From an uncultured virus (IMG/VR IMGVR_UViG_3300043427_003288) (Duplodnaviria > Heunggongvirae > Uroviricota > Caudoviricetes), in the IMG/VR virus record IMGVR_UViG_3300043427_003288: 64,000 nt of DNA; one strand, given 5' to 3'. Position numbers and translations under genes: made by a program. The notes beneath the pieces were generated by a model. That model searched no databases, had not been told where the DNA came from, and worked only from the letters and a program-made list of their open reading frames with translations. Positions 59,062-64,000 of the stretch are shown here, piece after piece (position 1 is the stretch's first letter; every line of letters starts with the position of its first letter).

Positions 59062-61625
59062 AGATTTTCCAAGAGTCATTTGAGAAGTATAAGAATCCAG
59101 TACCTCCTGGCGTTCGTCTTCCAGAAATCAAGATTGATCAGAGATATTATGCGTCTCTTGGTATCGATCCAACAGTTTCAAATTTTGAATTTCTACGGCA
59201 GCTTTGCCTCAAGGCTGTCAAAACAAAAGGTATAGATAAACTACAAAATAAGAAAGATTATTATGAAAGAGCCAAATATGAACTGGCGATCTTTGAAGAG
59301 CTTGGTTTCGTCGATTATGTTCTGCTTAATTGGGACATTCTTAATTATGCTCATGAGCACAATATTCCTACTGGTTATGGTCGTGGGTCTGCGGCTGGCT
59401 CTTTGGTTCTTTTTTTGATTGGCGTTACCAATGTAGATCCAATCAAGAACGGACTGTTCTTTGAGCGGTTCGTTTCAAAAAGCCGTGCCAAAAAAATTGT
59501 CGTCGAGGGAATCACCTACCTCGACGGCTCTTTGATGCCTGACGTTGATAATGATATCGAGTTCTCGAAACGTCAGGAAGTTATTAATTATATTAAAACA
59601 AAGTACCAAGGTAAGACTTGCAAAATTCTTACCATGAATACTTTAACTGGCAAACTCTGCATTAAAGAATGCGGCAAGATCGTTGCGGAAATGACAGAGG
59701 ATGAAGTCAATGCTGTAAGCGACGTTATCCCAAAACAATTCGGCAAGGTCTTCGCGTTGAAAGATGCTTATGATGAAAGCGAGCAGTTCAAAGCTTTCTG
59801 CGACAAGAATCCAAAAGTATTTAAAATAGCAAAAAAGATTGAGGCTCTAAATAAAAATACCGGAGTTCACCCATCAGGCATCTCTATCTCTTACTATGAC
59901 AATGAAGAGATTATGCCCCTGCAAAAGACTGGCGACGGAGAAATCGTATCGGCTTATGATATGAATAACGTCTCCGAAATTACTGTTAAGTTTGATATTC
60001 TTGGACTTAGAACGCTGACAGTAGTTTTCGATACTTGCCAGCGTCTTGGTCTAGACTTTAAGAATCTGGATTTCGACAACTCTTCTACGTACAAGTTTCT
60101 TCAAGACTTGTCTAATCCAAAAGGGCTATTTCAGATTGAAGCCAACACCAACTTTCACGTTTGCAAAAAGGTAAAACCTCGGAATATGCTTGAGCTTGCC
60201 TGCGTACTTTCACTTGCTCGCCCCGGTGCTTTGGACTTCTTAGATCAGTATGCCACATACGTTAGAACAGGAGAGTTCCAATCAGTACATCCATTTTTTG
60301 ATGATATCCTTAGTGTGACTGGCGGAATCCCTATCTTCCAAGAGCAGTTGATGAAGATGATTGTTAAGGTAGGATTTACGCTAGATGAGGCGGAAACAGT
60401 TCGCCGTATCGTTGGCAAAAAGAAAGTGAGCGAAATGCCAGCTTGGCAGCAAAAGATTAGGGAAAAGATTGCAGAGAATAATCTTGATCCAGTCATCGCT
60501 GACGTTCTTTGGAAAGTGGCGGAAGATAGTGCAAATTACTCCTTCAACGCTTCTCACGCATTTAGCTATGCAACCCTAAGCGCACTAACTACTTACCTCA
60601 AGTTTAATCATCCCAAAGAGTTCTTTTTAGCTCTACTTAGATCATCTAGACACGAACCAAATCCGCACGAAGAGATCGAGTCAATTTCTCAAGAGCTTAG
60701 TTTTTTTGACATTCGTCTTCTTCCTCCCGATTTGTCTAAATCTAAGGCTGATTTTGAAATTCAAGGAAATGATATTCGATTTGGACTTAATGCCATCAAG
60801 GGCGTATCGGACAAAGTTCTTTGCAATCTGCTTGAGTTTAGAGATGTTGAGTTCTCAAATAAAATTGATTGTTTCGATGCCGCTAAAGAAGCAGGGGTAA
60901 ATATCGGCGTCCTATCATCCTTGATTCAAGCTGGAACGCTTTCGAGCTTCAGCGAAAGACGGTGCAGGCTCGTCCTTGAGGCTCAGACATACAATATTCT
61001 TACCGATAGAGAAAAGAGAAACGTAAAGCTTTTGGCTCCAAAGTACAACTTCGACGTTCTTAACACGATAGCAGAAACTGTAAAAAGCAAAACCGCTGGA
61101 GATGATGGAAAGATTTTTATGAAAGATTCTCGCTACGAGACTTTCAAAAATAAATATCAGTCGTATAAAAAAATCTACGACATGAATAAGCAGTATGAGA
61201 AGTTTGCTAATTGGTTTTTTGAACGTCAGCTTCTTGGGTATAGCTATACCCATAAACTCAAGGAAGTTTTTTCAGAAGATGATTCTGAGCGGCTTTCTAC
61301 AACATACGAAGTCTCTCAGGTAGACATTCGCCAGAATGTCAAAATGGTTGGGGTCGTCAAAGAAGCTCGGAAGAAAGTTAGCCGTGCCGGTCGCCCATAT
61401 TTATTTGTTAAAATATCAGATGAATATGGGGAAATGGTTTGCCGACTAACAGACGGAGGAAGAGACGACAAGTTCACAATGTATTATGAAGGCGGCGGCA
61501 AAACCCCCAAAGAGGACGATATTGTTATCGTTTATGGCTCAAAAGCAGAGGATTCTATTTTCCTAAATGGCTTGACAATCCTGAGCGAAAAGATTTACAC
61601 AAGGATGTCACAAGTAGAATCTTAA
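59058..61625 (+). CDS. dnaE: DNA polymerase III alpha catalytic core lacking PHP
   Basis: GRGSAAGS, LFFERF, PDVDND, HPSG, KFDILGL, FQIE, YSFNASH, IRFGLNAIKGV, C-terminal OB fold. Confidence 0.95.
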   Translation: MKIFQESFEKYKNPVPPGVRLPEIKIDQRYYASLGIDPTVSNFEFLRQLCLKAVKTKGIDKLQNKKDYYERAKYELAIFEELGFVDYVLLNWDILNYAHEHNIPTGYGRGSAAGSLVLFLIGVTNVDPIKNGLFFERFVSKSRAKKIVVEGITYLDGSLMPDVDNDIEFSKRQEVINYIKTKYQGKTCKILTMNTLTGKLCIKECGKIVAEMTEDEVNAVSDVIPKQFGKVFALKDAYDESEQFKAFCDKNPKVFKIAKKIEALNKNTGVHPSGISISYYDNEEIMPLQKTGDGEIVSAYDMNNVSEITVKFDILGLRTLTVVFDTCQRLGLDFKNLDFDNSSTYKFLQDLSNPKGLFQIEANTNFHVCKKVKPRNMLELACVLSLARPGALDFLDQYATYVRTGEFQSVHPFFDDILSVTGGIPIFQEQLMKMIVKVGFTLDEAETVRRIVGKKKVSEMPAWQQKIREKIAENNLDPVIADVLWKVAEDSANYSFNASHAFSYATLSALTTYLKFNHPKEFFLALLRSSRHEPNPHEEIESISQELSFFDIRLLPPDLSKSKADFEIQGNDIRFGLNAIKGVSDKVLCNLLEFRDVEFSNKIDCFDAAKEAGVNIGVLSSLIQAGTLSSFSERRCRLVLEAQTYNILTDREKRNVKLLAPKYNFDVLNTIAETVKSKTAGDDGKIFMKDSRYETFKNKYQSYKKIYDMNKQYEKFANWFFERQLLGYSYTHKLKEVFSEDDSERLSTTYEVSQVDIRQNVKMVGVVKEARKKVSRAGRPYLFVKISDEYGEMVCRLTDGGRDDKFTMYYEGGGKTPKEDDIVIVYGSKAEDSIFLNGLTILSEKIYTRMSQVES

Positions 61626-61632
61626 GTGTAAA
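61626..61632 (+). promoter_or_regulatory. GTGTAAA motif, putative late promoter
   Basis: Directly after the dnaE stop; begins 16 nt before in-frame GTG 61642. Confidence 0.5.
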
Positions 61633-64000
61633 ATGAATAAAGTGCAAGACATTAACTTTACTCCTAGAGTTAAGAGAGCATTGGATGTAGCCAAGCAGAG
61701 ATGCTTGGAGAACAACTGGCATGAAATTACTGATGAATTTTTATTGCATGCTATTCTCTTTTCGGAGTCAATGATAGTAAATCTTGCCTTTCAAAGCGTT
61801 AAAATTGAAATCAAAGATGTAGTACTTGCTCTTTCCAAGACTTTGCCCACTGGAAAGAAGAAAGTTAGCGAAAAAAATGTTAACTTTAGCTCGTCCGCTA
61901 AATCAATTATTGATAATTCGTATAAAATTTCTCAAGGCTTTAAGCAAAATTATACTGGAGTAGAGCATTTATTCTTATCGATCCTTAGACATTCGCCTAG
62001 CGTTGCCAAATTCTTTAAGAAGCATGGTCTTGATATCGCATTTTTTGCTGATAAAGTAGAGAAGGAGTGCAAGCATTTATCCAATCCAGTAAAAAAGCCC
62101 ATTGAATCCCAGTCTTCTAAATCTCAAGATTCGCTATCAGAGTTTTGTGAAGACTTTAATGAAAAAGCTTTGGCTGGAGAATTTGACCATATCTCTTTTA
62201 GAGAAAAAGAAGTAGACCAACTTTCAGAAGTTCTGTGCCGTAAACAGAAAAGAAATCCAATTCTCATTGGTCATCCAGGCGTTGGCAAGAGCGCCGTTGT
62301 TGGACTTATCGCTAAAAAGATTATTAGCTGTCAATGCACAGAGTTTCTTCTCGACAAGAAGATTATCAGCGTTAATCTAAGCGCGCTTATTGCTGGAACA
62401 AAACTGAGAGGAGAATTTGAAGAGCGTTTGACTAAAGTAATGGAGCAAATAAAAAAAATTGGTAATGTTATTGTATTTATCGACGAGGTTCATAACTTAA
62501 TAGGTCTTGGTAATGATGCTGGTTCAATGGATGGCGCCAATATCTTAAAGTCTTATCTTACTTGCGAAGATATGTCTTTTATTGGAGCTACTACTGAAAA
62601 AGAATATGAGGCTTATTTTGCTAAAGATGCTGCGATGAATCGCCGCTTTGAACCCGTATTTATCAAAGAGCCCAATAAAGAACAGACTCTCGATATCCTT
62701 AAGAACTTAAAGGGCTACTATGAATCATTTCATATGATTCTTTATCCAGATAGCGTTCTTGTAGATATTGTTAATGTATGTGACAAATATATCACAAGCA
62801 AATATTTTCCTGATAAGGCTATTGATCTAATGGATCAGGTTGGTGCGAAAGTTAAAATTAAAGCTTTCGCCCGCCCTCAAGAGATTAAAAACATGGAAAA
62901 GCTAATCTTGGAGTTTGAGAAGATTGCTCCAGACGATATCAAAGAAGAGCATCTCGATGACATCATCGAAGATTATCAAAAGAAATACGATGCTTGGGCA
63001 GAAGTAATAAAGAATAAAAAAGAAAAAGCGAAGACAAAAGACGTTTACCAAGCATTGTCTGACAAGATTGGTAAGGTCATTGATATGGAGTCTGAGAACT
63101 CTGGCATCAAGAACATTTACTCTAATCTTAAAAAGCATGTCTTTGGTCAAGATGATGCAGTAAAAAAGATATCAGACTGCATCCTTCGTAGCTCTTTTGG
63201 TCTGGCAAAGAACTCGCGCCCACTTGGAAACTTCATGTTTATCGGACCAACAGGTTCTGGTAAAACACATTTAGCTAAGACGCTAGCAAAAGAAGCGTTT
63301 GGCTCAGACTCTAATCTCTGCATTATCGATATGTCAGAGTTTATGGAAAGCCATGCGGTCTCTAAATTGATTGGCGCGCCTCCAGGTTATGTCGGCCATA
63401 AAGAGCCCAGCATATTCTTTACTCAGCTACAAAAGCACCCATCTACAGTTTTCCTATTCGACGAAATAGAAAAGGCTCATCCAGATGTAGTAAATATTTT
63501 GCTCCAAATCATGGACCGTGGAGAGCTTACTGACTCAGTAGGTAATAAGCTAAACTTTAAAAACTCTATTGTGATCATGACTGGTAATGTTGGCTTTCAG
63601 ATTAACGATAATAAAAGAATGGGTTTTGGAGCAGTATCTAACCCAAAGCCAACAAAGGATAGTATCATGGATAGCTTAAAGAAATTCTTTAGGCCAGAAT
63701 TTTTAGCCAGACTAAATGAAGTCGTTATTTTTCAAGAACTTTCAACAGACAGTCTTGTCAAGGTAATCGAAACAGAACTAGATTTTATTAAGACATCTTT
63801 AGCGAACAACGGAACAACGATTTCTTTCTCTTCAGAAATTATTGATTATGTTATACATAAGACAAAAGACTCTAATTCTGGGGCTAGAAAAGTAGTATTT
63901 TTTATAGAGAACGAACTAAAGACTAAAATAGTTGATGTTTTATCCACTGCTAAGTATAATCAAATTAAGGTCTCTATCAAAGATGGAGAAATACAAGTAG
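61633..64000 (+). CDS. clpC: ClpA/ClpC-type AAA+ unfoldase, truncated at the window end (absent from the ORF track)
   Basis: NFTPRVKRAL N-domain; Walker A GHPGVGKS and GPTGSGKT; LRGEFEERL; LIGAPPGYVG; DEIEKAHP; MGF loop; frame appears open to the edge; start 61633 or 61642. Confidence 0.9.
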   Translation, partial: MNKVQDINFTPRVKRALDVAKQRCLENNWHEITDEFLLHAILFSESMIVNLAFQSVKIEIKDVVLALSKTLPTGKKKVSEKNVNFSSSAKSIIDNSYKISQGFKQNYTGVEHLFLSILRHSPSVAKFFKKHGLDIAFFADKVEKECKHLSNPVKKPIESQSSKSQDSLSEFCEDFNEKALAGEFDHISFREKEVDQLSEVLCRKQKRNPILIGHPGVGKSAVVGLIAKKIISCQCTEFLLDKKIISVNLSALIAGTKLRGEFEERLTKVMEQIKKIGNVIVFIDEVHNLIGLGNDAGSMDGANILKSYLTCEDMSFIGATTEKEYEAYFAKDAAMNRRFEPVFIKEPNKEQTLDILKNLKGYYESFHMILYPDSVLVDIVNVCDKYITSKYFPDKAIDLMDQVGAKVKIKAFARPQEIKNMEKLILEFEKIAPDDIKEEHLDDIIEDYQKKYDAWAEVIKNKKEKAKTKDVYQALSDKIGKVIDMESENSGIKNIYSNLKKHVFGQDDAVKKISDCILRSSFGLAKNSRPLGNFMFIGPTGSGKTHLAKTLAKEAFGSDSNLCIIDMSEFMESHAVSKLIGAPPGYVGHKEPSIFFTQLQKHPSTVFLFDEIEKAHPDVVNILLQIMDRGELTDSVGNKLNFKNSIVIMTGNVGFQINDNKRMGFGAVSNPKPTKDSIMDSLKKFFRPEFLARLNEVVIFQELSTDSLVKVIETELDFIKTSLANNGTTISFSSEIIDYVIHKTKDSNSGARKVVFFIENELKTKIVDVLSTAKYNQIKVSIKDGEIQV

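Noticed and set aside
1..64000. Stop-codon reassignment, inteins/introns and tRNA genes
   Set aside because: Conserved genes are full length and densely packed under the standard code, all three stops are used, and I found no splicing motifs or cloverleafs by eye (tRNAscan-SE not run)

Overview
This 64-kb window is from a large, AT-rich tailed dsDNA bacteriophage (Caudoviricetes). It uses the standard genetic code, and I saw no rRNA, tRNA, CRISPR array or integrase. Layout: (1) 1-8.9 kb, tail-fibre/adhesin genes (GTS collagen-like, three LamG-type, Gly-rich, 14-repeat RCC1-like); (2) 8.9-11.7 kb, sulfotransferase, GT8-GT9 fusion and methyltransferase; (3) 11.8-14.9 kb, minus-strand tail tube and neck genes; (4) 14.9-39.8 kb, tail chaperones, a 2580-aa tape-measure protein, tail-tube paralogues, long tail fibre, Ig-repeat protein, GT4 and a TibC/Aah-type heptosyltransferase; (5) 39.8-43.2 kb, minus-strand dUTPase, sigma factor, SSB, GT and Hsp20; (6) a G-rich mirror repeat at the 43.3-kb divergence point; (7) 45-50.8 kb, a glycan-synthesis island, then ThyX and a holin-like gene; (8) 51.9-64 kb, replication genes (RecA, DnaB, primase, exonuclease, a three-gene PHP/DnaQ/DnaE polymerase) and a truncated ClpC-like ATPase. 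The best candidates for new biology are the tape-measure protein carrying enzyme-like cargo domains between repeated G(Y/F)(I/V)PN(F/Y) motifs, the ~100-bp mirror-symmetric 12-G-run element, a probable virion protein glycosylation system, and three promoter classes (GTGTAAA, TTGACA, sigma54-like) with near-leaderless geometry. All protein calls are by-eye motif recognition; no database search was run.
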